Source: Bdellovibrio sp. ZAP7 (lineage in GTDB: Bacteria; Bdellovibrionota; FAC87; UBA2466). Taken from it: a stretch of 64,000 nt of DNA. The notes beneath the pieces are model-generated. The model worked only from the letters and a program-made list of their open reading frames with translations. It was not told the DNA's origin and made no database searches. Shown in pieces: positions 1-9,686 of this stretch. A program made the position numbers and the translations under genes. The stretch covers positions 22,350-86,349 of the forward strand of contig CAMCTJ010000005.1 in NCBI GenBank assembly GCA_945878405.1, in the 5' to 3' direction. How positions within the stretch are numbered: the stretch's first letter is position 1; every line of letters starts with the position of its first letter.

Positions 1-1
1 C

Positions 2-652
2 CAAACTTGGGGAATTCAAACTCTCAAGAAAATGTTGGAGGCGGGAGATCTGGGAGCTTGGATTACTATCGAAGGCCGCTACTGGCAGTCCAGCGCTGGT
101 CATAAAAAGCAATCTGGCGACACTCAAAAGACTTGGAAAGATGATATCGCGTTGAGCGGTGCTTACGATGTGCTTCTCGACTTAACGACCCATTGGGCTG
201 ATTTAGTTTTCTTTTTGGCTGGAGAAACGCCTGAGAAAGTAGGAGTGTGGAAGGCATTTGTGAACTCAACTTCACCTCATCGGGATACTCATAATCACAT
301 CTCCATGGAATTTTCACAGAACAGACGTTCGATGGGTTCCATCTCTAAAACAGCCCACGGTTCCGGCAATGACTTAGAAATTCATGTGATAGGGGAGAAG
401 CGTTCCGTTTCTTGGGCCTTTATGAATCCAGATGAGCTCGTGATTGGTGAGGGCGGGAAACGAATGACTCAGCATCGCCCGGATGGTTCCTCATTTGGAA
501 GTGAGCAGTATCCTTTTCATAGCACCGGTTGGCTTGAAGGCTATGTTGAAATTATTAAACAGTATTTTCATCATATGCGGGGAGAAGCATTCACAGCTTA
601 TCCGAATCTAAAAGACCAGAGCATGATTTTAAGAAGCCTGTTTCAAAAATAG
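2..652 (+). CDS. hypothetical protein, 5'-truncated at window edge (C-terminal ~215 aa)
   Basis: Open frame runs from nt 2 with no upstream stop; ORF track 32..652. No recognisable motif. Confidence 0.35.
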   Translation, partial: QTWGIQTLKKMLEAGDLGAWITIEGRYWQSSAGHKKQSGDTQKTWKDDIALSGAYDVLLDLTTHWADLVFFLAGETPEKVGVWKAFVNSTSPHRDTHNHISMEFSQNRRSMGSISKTAHGSGNDLEIHVIGEKRSVSWAFMNPDELVIGEGGKRMTQHRPDGSSFGSEQYPFHSTGWLEGYVEIIKQYFHHMRGEAFTAYPNLKDQSMILRSLFQK

Positions 653-658
653 AAATCT

Positions 659-3022
659 CTACTCGGCAGGACAATCCGCAGGGCAACTCAGATTGGTCTC
701 TCCGGTATCACACAGGAAGTCTCCACAGGTCCCTGCGGGGCTTGAGCCATCGCTCATCCAATCCATGATAAGAAGGCGAAAGGGATAATAATTTATCTGC
801 CATACTCTTCCGCCGGGGGCTATGAAGGTTTTGGGATAGACAGCTTGAGACCAATCTGGACTGAAGCCATAGTAGAGATCCATGTTTAAGCGCCTATCAA
901 CTGTTCCATCGAATTTAATGTGATAGAGATACGCTTTTTCAACGTAGTTGTGAGTATTTGGGATCCAAAATCCTGTCGCATCACGTGCAATGCTTTCAAT
1001 GGAATCAATAATGACATCCAAGAATCGGCCAGAGTCTGTAGCGTAATCATAGCGGTATATCGAGCTTCCATCGCCACCGGTTGCGGTAAACCAGCCACCC
1101 GCCCCTTCGCGAAGTACGTATGCGAGGGCCGGATCGAATCCAGAATTCGAGCTGGGTAAATTTACCGTTCTGATGACATTTAAAGTGCCCTTATCAAAGA
1201 AAACCAGATTGGAGTCTCCTGTGATTCCAATTTTCGAAGAATCTACAGCGATGGCTTGAGGATTTTGAATGGTCTCAGATAAATCTAGAGAAGTGATGAC
1301 TGCCCCACTGTTTCCATCTATTTTGTAAAGGGTGGTGCCTCCTAAAATCCATAAAAAGCCTTCGGAGGTTGCGCCCCCCTTAATCGATGACGGTAAAGTC
1401 TCTAAGAAATCAGTTACCGAATCAGTTTGTCGATGAACTCTCCAGACCCCGCCTCCAGACCAGGTTGAGAAAGCCCAGACATAATCACCCACTCTAAATA
1501 GTAGGGGTGAGCCACCATTACCGGGGAGATAAATATCACTGACCCAGGCCCCATTGGTAATATCTCGCTTTTGAATGGATGCATTATAGCGATACGAGAT
1601 CCACGCATAATTGCCAGACGCTAAAGTCGAATCGGCTACTGCATGGTCCCCATCGCCATAGATGTGATCCTCCGCATTATCTTCTGAATAGCTGGTGGTG
1701 CTGGCTGCGCACGAGTAATTGCAGCTAGAATCTGTCGTATTTGCCGAGGGATTATAGTTACAAGAGGTTTCATCCACACATCCATAGACAGCCAGACTGC
1801 GTATGCCATTGAGGTAGAAATAGGGATGGAAAGTGCCATTCGCGGCAAGGCCATCTTTATAATATTTTCCATCCGACATTTCTTCATCCGACAATTGAGC
1901 CAGGATCCCTGCGACATAAGTTTTTCCATTCGGCATTTCGCCATCGGAGAACTCAGCAAGCTCACCGCTTAAATAGTATTTTCCGTCCGTCATTGGCCCA
2001 TCAGCCAAAACGCTGTCGAAGTAATTCTTGTCCCGACAGCTTCCTGTTCCCTCAGTTAGGCTTCCAGTGTCTTCACCACTCTCAAAACAAGTTCCTAGCC
2101 AGACTCCATCCCCATGGTTGTTCAAAGTAGTTTTGACACCATTTAAGTAATATCCATCCGCTTGAAACCCGTTAGTGGTATTTCCCGGATCAAAATCTGA
2201 AACCGAGTTAATCACACTCGAATTTTGACCGATAAAATCTAGTTGTGCATTTGTAGCAGCAGCCGTTTTTGCGCCTGCCATTTTTGATGACCAAACAGCA
2301 GCTATTTTTTTTGCAGTGTTTGAATTATAGGTGCCGTCGAGTTTGCCATCGGTTTTGAAGTCCTCTTTCATGGCTGTCATAATGGAGGAGAGCTTGTCAC
2401 TAGAGTTTAAATCGGGCACATAAAGATCTTTCACAAAGTGAGAAAACGCAGCTACTGCCAGAGCTGACTTTACTTTACTTGAGTCTAAACTAAGAGCATT
2501 GGGAGCATCTGGAAGCACCGATAAATCAGCAACACTCAAACCAAAGAGCCTCGCAACTTCACTTTTTGCAGTGTTTTTTGCCTGAGCTAAACTTACGTTA
2601 CTGCTCAGTAGACTTTTGACTCTATCTGCCTCAAGAGTCGACATGGGCGTTAGCGGAGCCGTACTGGTCGCTCCTCCCGATGCAATCGAGGAAAGATCTG
2701 ACGCATTCTTTTGGACTTGTTCTGCTTCATCGGTGAAGGTTCCCCCCGATGATTTGATAATTACAGAACCCGTGTTTTTTGGAAGTGTGAACCAATATTC
2801 TCCATTTGAGTTGGTGGTAGTCATGGCAAGAAGGCTTCCTTCAGTTCCATTTGAATTGAGATCGTAAACTCTTACGGTTGCATTGTGAACGCGGGCTAGT
2901 TGAACAACCCCAGACAACGTGTATGAGCTGGGCGTGTAAGAAGTGGGCGAGATAATTTTCGAACAGCCCCCTAAAAACAGAAGCGCGACTATGAGTTGAA
3001 CAGCTTTCATCTTAGTCCTCAA
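659..3022 (-). CDS. large secreted lipoprotein with internal tandem repeats
   Basis: N-terminal signal with lipobox LFLGGC. 787 aa, rich in T/S/G/N. Three tandem ~19-aa repeats (DGKYY..G.LA..SD.EM). Cys-rich C-terminus. No enzymatic motif recognised. Confidence 0.5.
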   Translation of the reverse strand: MRTKMKAVQLIVALLFLGGCSKIISPTSYTPSSYTLSGVVQLARVHNATVRVYDLNSNGTEGSLLAMTTTNSNGEYWFTLPKNTGSVIIKSSGGTFTDEAEQVQKNASDLSSIASGGATSTAPLTPMSTLEADRVKSLLSSNVSLAQAKNTAKSEVARLFGLSVADLSVLPDAPNALSLDSSKVKSALAVAAFSHFVKDLYVPDLNSSDKLSSIMTAMKEDFKTDGKLDGTYNSNTAKKIAAVWSSKMAGAKTAAATNAQLDFIGQNSSVINSVSDFDPGNTTNGFQADGYYLNGVKTTLNNHGDGVWLGTCFESGEDTGSLTEGTGSCRDKNYFDSVLADGPMTDGKYYLSGELAEFSDGEMPNGKTYVAGILAQLSDEEMSDGKYYKDGLAANGTFHPYFYLNGIRSLAVYGCVDETSCNYNPSANTTDSSCNYSCAASTTSYSEDNAEDHIYGDGDHAVADSTLASGNYAWISYRYNASIQKRDITNGAWVSDIYLPGNGGSPLLFRVGDYVWAFSTWSGGGVWRVHRQTDSVTDFLETLPSSIKGGATSEGFLWILGGTTLYKIDGNSGAVITSLDLSETIQNPQAIAVDSSKIGITGDSNLVFFDKGTLNVIRTVNLPSSNSGFDPALAYVLREGAGGWFTATGGDGSSIYRYDYATDSGRFLDVIIDSIESIARDATGFWIPNTHNYVEKAYLYHIKFDGTVDRRLNMDLYYGFSPDWSQAVYPKTFIAPGGRVWQINYYPFRLLIMDWMSDGSSPAGTCGDFLCDTGETNLSCPADCPAE

Positions 3023-3106
3023 ACGTGAGCTCTGACTAAGATTTTAACATGCTGTCTATAAGGATCGGTGATTGTGAAGAAAATTTCACAATTCAACTAT
3101 TGATAG

Positions 3107-3823
3107 TTAAGACTTCCTCACAATGAGTTCGTAGCAGGGCTGTTTTTGCGCAAGAAAAGTTTGTTCGAATTTGGTTCGGCCCTGGGGAAAAAGTTCTAGG
3201 GCGTTTAAAGGGTGAGGAGAAATTTCTCCAAACTTTAAAACTTCAAGCCCATATTTCTGACTGCAGACATAGTGAGCCTCTTCGACATAAAACTTCTGAT
3301 CGGAAGCCAAAATAAGATGTCCATTTTTTTCCAGGGCAGCAACGAGTTTTGGCATCGTCGGATGAAAATGCCATCGGTGTTTTCGATGAGCATTCTTAGG
3401 CCAAGGACACGGATACAAAATATAAATCCGCTCCAGCGTTTCGGGCTCGATTCCTGTCATAAAAGCAGCAATAGCATTTCCACGAATGCCCATAAAATTT
3501 TTCAGTCCGCATTCTTCTGAACGACGCACTAAGCGTTTTCCACGCATTCGGTCTCTCTCAATTGCGACCAGGTTTTTTTCAGGATGAAGCTTGGCCATGG
3601 ATTCAAAAAAATGACCTGTGCCTGCTCCAATCTCGAGCCAAAGTGAGTGCGGTTTTAAAAAAGAATTGGGAATTTCTGGATGGCGACGGTCCTGAAAAAA
3701 TTCCTCGTATCGCTCATGGGTAGATTTATTTTTTAAATCCCAGTTAATTCGAGACGGATTAAACTCGGGAGGTAAAGACTTCGGTAACATAAAGTTTGGG
3801 GAGTTTGCCCCAAGTCTTCTCAA
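3107..3823 (-). CDS. trmB: tRNA (guanine-N7)-methyltransferase
   Basis: 238 aa. SAM-binding LEIGAGTGHF. CPWPKNAHRKHRW resembles the TrmB DPWPKKRHHKRR motif. Confidence 0.65.
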   Translation of the reverse strand: MRRLGANSPNFMLPKSLPPEFNPSRINWDLKNKSTHERYEEFFQDRRHPEIPNSFLKPHSLWLEIGAGTGHFFESMAKLHPEKNLVAIERDRMRGKRLVRRSEECGLKNFMGIRGNAIAAFMTGIEPETLERIYILYPCPWPKNAHRKHRWHFHPTMPKLVAALEKNGHLILASDQKFYVEEAHYVCSQKYGLEVLKFGEISPHPLNALELFPQGRTKFEQTFLAQKQPCYELIVRKS

Positions 3824-3833
3824 TAATCCAGCC

Positions 3834-4385
3834 TTAAGGGGTCGGCTCGTAGCACCTTCGGCAGCGAGCTTCGTAAAATTCCCCCGCTCCTACCAGAATT
3901 TGGCTTCCTCCCTGGGTTTCGTCTGACTGTCGTCTTTGGGTTCGAGAAGCTGTGTTGCCACAAACCGTGCAAATCGCTGACATTTTTGTAACGACCTCGG
4001 CGGTTGCCATCAAAAGAGGCATGGGACCAAAGGGGACTCCCCGATAATCCATGTCCAACCCAGCTACAATCACTCTTAACCCTCGGTTTGCGAGCCGGTG
4101 ACAAATTTCGACAACACTAGGTGCAAGAAACTGAGCTTCGTCGATCCCCACAACCCGGGTATTGTCCTCAACCAGGCCCAAAATTTCTTCAGGGTTCTCA
4201 ATATTCACGGCATGAAAAGCCAAAGAAGAGTGGCTGACCACGTGGTCATCGGAAAAGCGATTATCTAGTTTAGGTTTAAATACTTGCACCTTCTGGCGAG
4301 CAATCTTTTCGCGGTTTATGCGCCGTATCAATTCCTCTGTTTTTCCGCTGAACATGCTCCCGCAGATGACCTCAATCCACCCCAT
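3834..4385 (-). CDS. tdk: thymidine kinase
   Basis: P-loop GSMFSGKTEELIRR. C-terminal zinc ribbon CTVCG...CRRC. The ORF track extends to 4475, but the conserved N-terminus begins at MGWIEV (start ~4385). Confidence 0.8.
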   Translation of the reverse strand: MGWIEVICGSMFSGKTEELIRRINREKIARQKVQVFKPKLDNRFSDDHVVSHSSLAFHAVNIENPEEILGLVEDNTRVVGIDEAQFLAPSVVEICHRLANRGLRVIVAGLDMDYRGVPFGPMPLLMATAEVVTKMSAICTVCGNTASRTQRRQSDETQGGSQILVGAGEFYEARCRRCYEPTP

Positions 4386-4502
4386 TGACCCTTGCTTCGT
4401 ATTAACCAAGACAATCCCCCTGTGTTGGATCCGGAATATAATGAAGGACAAAAAATCAGACAAGAAAAAGCCCAAAAAAGTTCATTGCGAAAATAGACCC
4501 AT

Positions 4503-5129
4503 TTGTGGGACAGTGTTTCCATGTCGTCAGAACTCGCGGCCAGTCCATACTCAACAGTAGCTAAAATTGGAAGGGTCTGGTTTCGTTTTAGAAGTTTTTC
4601 GCCCATTCCGTTGTTTTTACTTTTAGTGATTCTGCCCCCAAATTTTACTCCCGGTCTTTTACAAACCTCAGTAGCTATTTTGGGAATTTTCTTATCAGAA
4701 GCGCTAAGACTGTGGTCGGTCGGATATGCCGGAAGTGCTACGAGAACTCGGGGTGATTCGGTTCCGCAATTGGTACACGCCGGACCTTATCGACATGTTC
4801 GAAACCCACTCTATGTAGCGAATATTGTGATGTACACCTCTGCTGGCGTTGTCTTTGGCTTTTCTGGCCTGAGCGTTTTGATTTTCCTGTTCAGTGCCGT
4901 GGAGTACATTTTCATTGTCGCGTTTGAAGAAGAAACGTTGTTAATGACTTTTGGTGCCGATTACGAAAACTTTTGTGAGAAAGTTCCTAGATGGTTCCCA
5001 AGCCTAACACCGATGATTGAGTCTACGGGCCAGCAATTCTCATTAGAAAAAGCTCTCAGAAGTGAAAGAAGTACTTTTATTTCTCTTTCCCTGATGGCTT
5101 TGCTTCTCATTCTGAAAAAAGCTTTTTAA
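4503..5129 (+). CDS. isoprenylcysteine carboxyl methyltransferase (ICMT/PEMT)-family membrane methyltransferase
   Basis: Several TM segments. Family motif GPYRHVRNPLY plus downstream E..L....G..Y..Y...VPRW-like region. Confidence 0.55.
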   Translation: MWDSVSMSSELAASPYSTVAKIGRVWFRFRSFSPIPLFLLLVILPPNFTPGLLQTSVAILGIFLSEALRLWSVGYAGSATRTRGDSVPQLVHAGPYRHVRNPLYVANIVMYTSAGVVFGFSGLSVLIFLFSAVEYIFIVAFEEETLLMTFGADYENFCEKVPRWFPSLTPMIESTGQQFSLEKALRSERSTFISLSLMALLLILKKAF

Positions 5130-5650
5130 AGAGCAACTGTAAACTGTCCCCCAAAGCCTAAGACTGGTTTTTCTAAGAAGAGGCCTCTCATCTCAGCGCC
5201 CATACTAAAATCCCTGGCGAGTGAAAATATGATTCCCCAGCTTAAATGAGGTCCCCAATATTTAAAATCGCCCGCTTGCGAAATGTAACGGCTAAATTGT
5301 CCTCCCCCAGATACGTAACCCGTGAAAAACCGAGTTTTAAAATCTAGTCGATACCCGAGTTCAGCCATGAAAATCTGCTCTATTTGCGGATAGATTCCCG
5401 TATCACTACCGTAGGAGACACCCACTTGAATGTGTTCAGTTCCTAAGGGGACGTACAGTCTTGGACAGAAAACCATCTGAGATGTTTCAAATCCAGTGAG
5501 TTGGTCTGGAACGAGAAATTGAATCCCCAGGCCGACGAGAGTTCGCCCCTCTTCTGTAGACTCCAGTTTTTCTAAAGAAACCGCTGAAAAAGAACTCAGG
5601 GAAATCAAACAGCAGATTAACAAAACACGGTATTTCATAAGATCCTTCAA
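5126..5650 (-). CDS. hypothetical secreted / outer-membrane protein
   Basis: N-terminal signal peptide (MKYRVLLICCLISLSSFSAVS). Alternating aromatic/glycine pattern. Ends ...FTVAL. Confidence 0.35.
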   Translation of the reverse strand: MKDLMKYRVLLICCLISLSSFSAVSLEKLESTEEGRTLVGLGIQFLVPDQLTGFETSQMVFCPRLYVPLGTEHIQVGVSYGSDTGIYPQIEQIFMAELGYRLDFKTRFFTGYVSGGGQFSRYISQAGDFKYWGPHLSWGIIFSLARDFSMGAEMRGLFLEKPVLGFGGQFTVAL

Positions 5651-5706
5651 GAACTAAAGAAAAGATACTCTAGCCGCCAGAAACACGCTAGCGGTATACT
5701 TTTTTT

Positions 5707-7431
5707 ATGAAAGTAGCCTTAAATCAAAGGGCGGTAGAGGTTTTGGAGGCAAGATACCTTCTTCGCGATCTTCACCAAGGCCAAATTATTGAAACACCCG
5801 AGCAGCTATTCGAAAGAGTCGCCAAAAGTGTTTCTCAAGCAGAGAAAAAGTTTGGAGGAAAAAAACAAAGAGATTTTTGGTTTTCACGATTTCTGAAGAG
5901 CTTAGTCGAGTTAGAGTTTCTTCCCAATTCACCCACCCTAATGAATGCTGGAACACCCATGGGTCAATTAAGTGCCTGTTTTGTGATTCCTATTGAAGAC
6001 AATTTAGGCCAAATTTTTGATTCCTTAAAGTTAGCTGCCTTGGTCCAGCAATCTGGTGGAGGAACCGGTTTTTCATTTTCTCGGTTAAGAAAAAAAGGCG
6101 ATCCCGTCTCGCTATCAACCGGAGTCGCCAGCGGCCCAGTTTCTTTCATGCGGATTTTTGATGCAGCTACCGAAAATATTCGCCAGGGAGGAAAGCGAAG
6201 AGGGGCAAATATGGGAATCCTGAGAGTGGATCACCCCGATATCGAGGAGTTTATTCAAGCAAAGATTGAACCTAATGGTTTTGTTAATTTCAACCTCTCT
6301 GTTGGAGTCACCAACAAATTCATGAAAGCAGTCCTAGCAGAAGAAGAAATTTCTTTAGTGGATCCTTGGAATGGAAAAAAATGTGGAAAAAAGAATGCCA
6401 AAGCACTTCTCAAATTGATCGCCGATTGCGCTTGGAAATCGGGTGACCCTGGCATGATATTCTTGGATCAGATCAACCGCCTGCAACCGACTCCTGTTTT
6501 AGGGGAGATTGAAGCTACGAATCCATGTGGAGAGGTTCCTCTTCTCCCTTTTGAAGCCTGTAACTTGGGCTCAATTAATCTGACGAAAGTTTTGAGACAA
6601 ACAGGAAACCGGTTTGAGATAGATTGGGAACGGCTTTCAGAGTTGGTGAGTTTGGGGGTGAGGTTTTTGGATGATGTGATTGAGGTGAGTCGGTGGCCTT
6701 CCACGCAGATTGAAAAGCAAGTAACTGGAAATCGGAAAATCGGTCTTGGAGTCATGGGGTTTGCGGAAATGTTGATTTTCCTGGGAACACCTTATGATTC
6801 TCCAAAAGCGGTTCTGATAGCTGAGCAGCTGATGAAATTTATCTCTGAAAAAGCCTGGGAAACCTCAAGTGCCTTAGCAAAAGAAAGAGGAGTGTTTCCA
6901 AACTGGAAAAAAAGTCGGTTTGGCAAACTGAAACAAAAAGTAAGAAATGCGACCGTTACCTCGATTGCTCCAACGGGGACAATCAGTATGATTGCTGGAA
7001 CCTCCTCGGGTATCGAACCCCTCTTTGGTCTTTCTTATACCCAGAAAAACATTCTAGGGGGTAAAAGTTTTCGGGTTCTCAACCCTGTTTTTGAAAAGAT
7101 AGTTCAAGACCGTAACGAGTTAACAACTCAGGAACTGCAACAAGTAAAAGAGTCAGGAAAACTCCCGGGAACTGAACTGTTCCGAACAGCGCTGGAAATC
7201 TCCCCGAAGTCTCACCTGGACATCCAAGAAGCCTTTCAAAAATTTACAGACAATGCGGTCTCAAAAACAATCAATCTTCCTGAGACTGCAACTTCAGAAG
7301 ATATTTATAATATTTATATTGAGGCGTGGAAGCGAAGTCTGAAGGGAATTACAGTTTTTCGTTATGGGTGTCGAAAAGAACAAGTATTTGAATTGGGGCA
7401 GAGCTGTCACTCAACTGATTGTCGCCTTTAG
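5707..7431 (+). CDS. nrdJ: adenosylcobalamin-dependent (class II) ribonucleotide reductase, compact form
   Basis: Active-site region NPCGEVPLLPFEACNLGSINL. Motifs SPTLMNAG and GGGTGFSFS..R typical of class II RNR. 574 aa, no ATP-cone. Confidence 0.75.
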   Translation: MKVALNQRAVEVLEARYLLRDLHQGQIIETPEQLFERVAKSVSQAEKKFGGKKQRDFWFSRFLKSLVELEFLPNSPTLMNAGTPMGQLSACFVIPIEDNLGQIFDSLKLAALVQQSGGGTGFSFSRLRKKGDPVSLSTGVASGPVSFMRIFDAATENIRQGGKRRGANMGILRVDHPDIEEFIQAKIEPNGFVNFNLSVGVTNKFMKAVLAEEEISLVDPWNGKKCGKKNAKALLKLIADCAWKSGDPGMIFLDQINRLQPTPVLGEIEATNPCGEVPLLPFEACNLGSINLTKVLRQTGNRFEIDWERLSELVSLGVRFLDDVIEVSRWPSTQIEKQVTGNRKIGLGVMGFAEMLIFLGTPYDSPKAVLIAEQLMKFISEKAWETSSALAKERGVFPNWKKSRFGKLKQKVRNATVTSIAPTGTISMIAGTSSGIEPLFGLSYTQKNILGGKSFRVLNPVFEKIVQDRNELTTQELQQVKESGKLPGTELFRTALEISPKSHLDIQEAFQKFTDNAVSKTINLPETATSEDIYNIYIEAWKRSLKGITVFRYGCRKEQVFELGQSCHSTDCRL

Positions 7432-7437
7432 CAAATC

Positions 7438-9372
7438 CTAATCAGCAAAACCCTTGAGCTTTAAACTAACCGAAGATTCCTCATCCAGCGAAGCTCCCGT
7501 TTCGGGAGTCTGCGAAACTACATAGCCATTTCCGGAAACCTGAACTTTTTCGACATACTGATTCAGCAAGGTCATAGCTTCATTTAGAGTTAAGCCCTTC
7601 AAATCAGGCATCACCCATTTTCCATTGGTCGATTTTACGAGTTCTTTGGGAGCGGACACATCTTTTCGTGGCTTTGCTTTTGTTTGTGAAACCACTTGCG
7701 ATGGACCGCGGTTAAGAATTTGGAGGGAGTGTTCGGCAATTTTTTTGAACAAAGGAGTTGCAACTAACGAAGCATAATATTCTGATTTTGGCTCATCTAC
7801 CATCACCCCGATAAGAAACTGGGGATTGTCTGCAGGCAAAAAGCCTACAAAGGAGGAATAATATTTTCTGCTTTTATACCCAGTCTCCGGATCGTACTTC
7901 TGTGCAGTACCCGTTTTCCCGGCAACACGAACTCCTGGGATCTTTCCGAGGTAGCCAGTTCCCTTTTCGTCTTCGGTTACGGCGAGCAGCATCTTCTTCA
8001 TTTGTTCGGCAGTTTCTTCAGAGATGATTCTTTCTCCGACGACCTGACCATTTTGAGAGGAACGATTGGAATCTAAAAGAAGCGTTGGGGAAACTAAAAA
8101 GCCTCCATTGGCAAAAGGAGAAAACGCAGTGACCACTTGAAGGGGAGTCGCCGAAATCCCTTGCCCAAAACCCATCGTGGCAAGAAGGAGTGGAGTGATG
8201 GCGTCCGGATTCTTTCTTTGGCCGCTGGTTTCCCCACTCAGCTCAATACCAGTTTTCTGTGTGAGTCCAAATCTATCTAAAAGGTCCTGGGCTCCTTGAG
8301 AACCTATTTTTTGAGCCACTCGAACGGCGCCTACGTTACTTGAGTAGGTAATTACTTTTTCCAAGGACAGTGATTTGTGATTGTGCTTTTTGTCAGATTC
8401 CGAAATCACCGTGTTTCCAACTCTAATCTTGCCGTTACCGCAATCGAGAACGCTTTCTGGTTTTAAAAGATTCTTTTCTAAAGCTTCTGCTGCAAAGAGC
8501 ACTTTCAATGTTGAACCTGGTTCATAGAGTGCTTGAGTTAGCTTATTTTGTTGATTATCCGACGAGGCTTGATTGGGAGTGTTTGGGTCGAAAGTGGGGC
8601 GCTGAGCGAGTGCTAATATTTCTCCGTTGCTGGGATTCATGACAACTGCCATGACAGCCTGAGCTTTTATGTCAGTCTTAGCTTTATCCAGTTCTTGTTC
8701 TACCATCGACTGAATTCGGCGATCGATAGTCAAATAAACACCGGAATCTCGTTCATCTGACTTGGAGTGATTCTTTTCAATATAACTAGTATTTCCGCGT
8801 CCATCTTTAGGAAGTCTTCGCCGTTCTTTTTCTTGGAGTAAAAGTTGGTTTAAGCTGAGCTCGATTCCGGAGAGTCCATTTCCGTCAATGTCTGTGAAAC
8901 CCAAGACATGAGAAGCTAGAGTGCCATTGGGATAAACCCGTTTGTTTTCTGATTCAATTCCGAGCCCTGGGATCTTTAATTTTTTGATGTCATTGGCTTT
9001 GTCTTCACTGAGTTGTCGTTGAAGCCATACAAAGCTCTTCTTGGGATCTAACTTTTGAAGCCATTTTGAAGTGGATCCGCCCAAGTTACGTGACAACATC
9101 AGCGCTGTTCTTTTTCTTGAAGCTAATTTTTTAGGATGTGCATAAATAGAAGTGACCGGAACGCTGACTGCGAGTTCCTCGCGATTGCGATCATAGATGG
9201 GCAGGCGATAGGGGGCTTTCTTATCCGTACGGGTAAATTGTCTTTTTGACAGTTCACTGAGGTCTTCGTTGGGTAGAACCTGAAGCTGGACGAGTCTGAA
9301 ACCTACCAGAGCGAAGAACGCAAAAAAAGAAAGGTAGATCAGTCCTAATCTGACTTTCAGCCATTGGCTCAT
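7438..9372 (-). CDS. ftsI: peptidoglycan D,D-transpeptidase FtsI (class B PBP) with C-terminal PASTA domain
   Basis: N-terminal TM. SxxK (STLK), SxN, KTG(T) motifs. C-terminal MPDLKGLTLNEA...VSGNGYVVSQTPETGASL...VSLKL matches the PASTA pattern. Sits downstream of ftsL. Confidence 0.8.
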   Translation of the reverse strand: MSQWLKVRLGLIYLSFFAFFALVGFRLVQLQVLPNEDLSELSKRQFTRTDKKAPYRLPIYDRNREELAVSVPVTSIYAHPKKLASRKRTALMLSRNLGGSTSKWLQKLDPKKSFVWLQRQLSEDKANDIKKLKIPGLGIESENKRVYPNGTLASHVLGFTDIDGNGLSGIELSLNQLLLQEKERRRLPKDGRGNTSYIEKNHSKSDERDSGVYLTIDRRIQSMVEQELDKAKTDIKAQAVMAVVMNPSNGEILALAQRPTFDPNTPNQASSDNQQNKLTQALYEPGSTLKVLFAAEALEKNLLKPESVLDCGNGKIRVGNTVISESDKKHNHKSLSLEKVITYSSNVGAVRVAQKIGSQGAQDLLDRFGLTQKTGIELSGETSGQRKNPDAITPLLLATMGFGQGISATPLQVVTAFSPFANGGFLVSPTLLLDSNRSSQNGQVVGERIISEETAEQMKKMLLAVTEDEKGTGYLGKIPGVRVAGKTGTAQKYDPETGYKSRKYYSSFVGFLPADNPQFLIGVMVDEPKSEYYASLVATPLFKKIAEHSLQILNRGPSQVVSQTKAKPRKDVSAPKELVKSTNGKWVMPDLKGLTLNEAMTLLNQYVEKVQVSGNGYVVSQTPETGASLDEESSVSLKLKGFAD

Positions 9373-9641
9373 TTTATATTCCCATACCGGTACACTTGGC
9401 TGAGTTTAGGTGCTTCCAAATTGAGATCCTGACTTAATTGTTTCAGCCTGTGGGGGGAACTAATTTTGGCCCATTGAATTCTGAGTTCTTGTTCTGACTG
9501 TTTCGCGAGTTTGAGTTCATTATCTCGCTTCACAAAGTCATAAGTAGCTCTGACGTTTGCTGTGCGAATCCAGATCACAGCTGCACTAATAATAAAAAGG
9601 ATGGCTGTTGAAACAGCTATTTCAAATTTTCTTGGAGTCAT
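9369..9641 (-). CDS. ftsL: cell division protein FtsL
   Basis: 90 aa, single TM then coiled-coil. Lies between rsmH and ftsI. 4-bp overlap with ftsI. Confidence 0.5.
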   Translation of the reverse strand: MTPRKFEIAVSTAILFIISAAVIWIRTANVRATYDFVKRDNELKLAKQSEQELRIQWAKISSPHRLKQLSQDLNLEAPKLSQVYRYGNIK

Positions 9642-9686
9642 AAGATTTGGGAGAGAAAACTAACTTACTTAATTTTAGTTTCTTTA

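Noticed and set aside
3820-4104. 94-aa ORF (and 4318..4606 ORFs) overlapping tdk in other frames
   Set aside because: Fully embedded in or antisense to a well-supported tdk reading frame. Arg/Gly-rich translation typical of out-of-frame artefact.
5651-5706. Possible B12 riboswitch upstream of nrdJ
   Set aside because: The gap is only 56 bp and is a divergent promoter region, too short for a cobalamin riboswitch.
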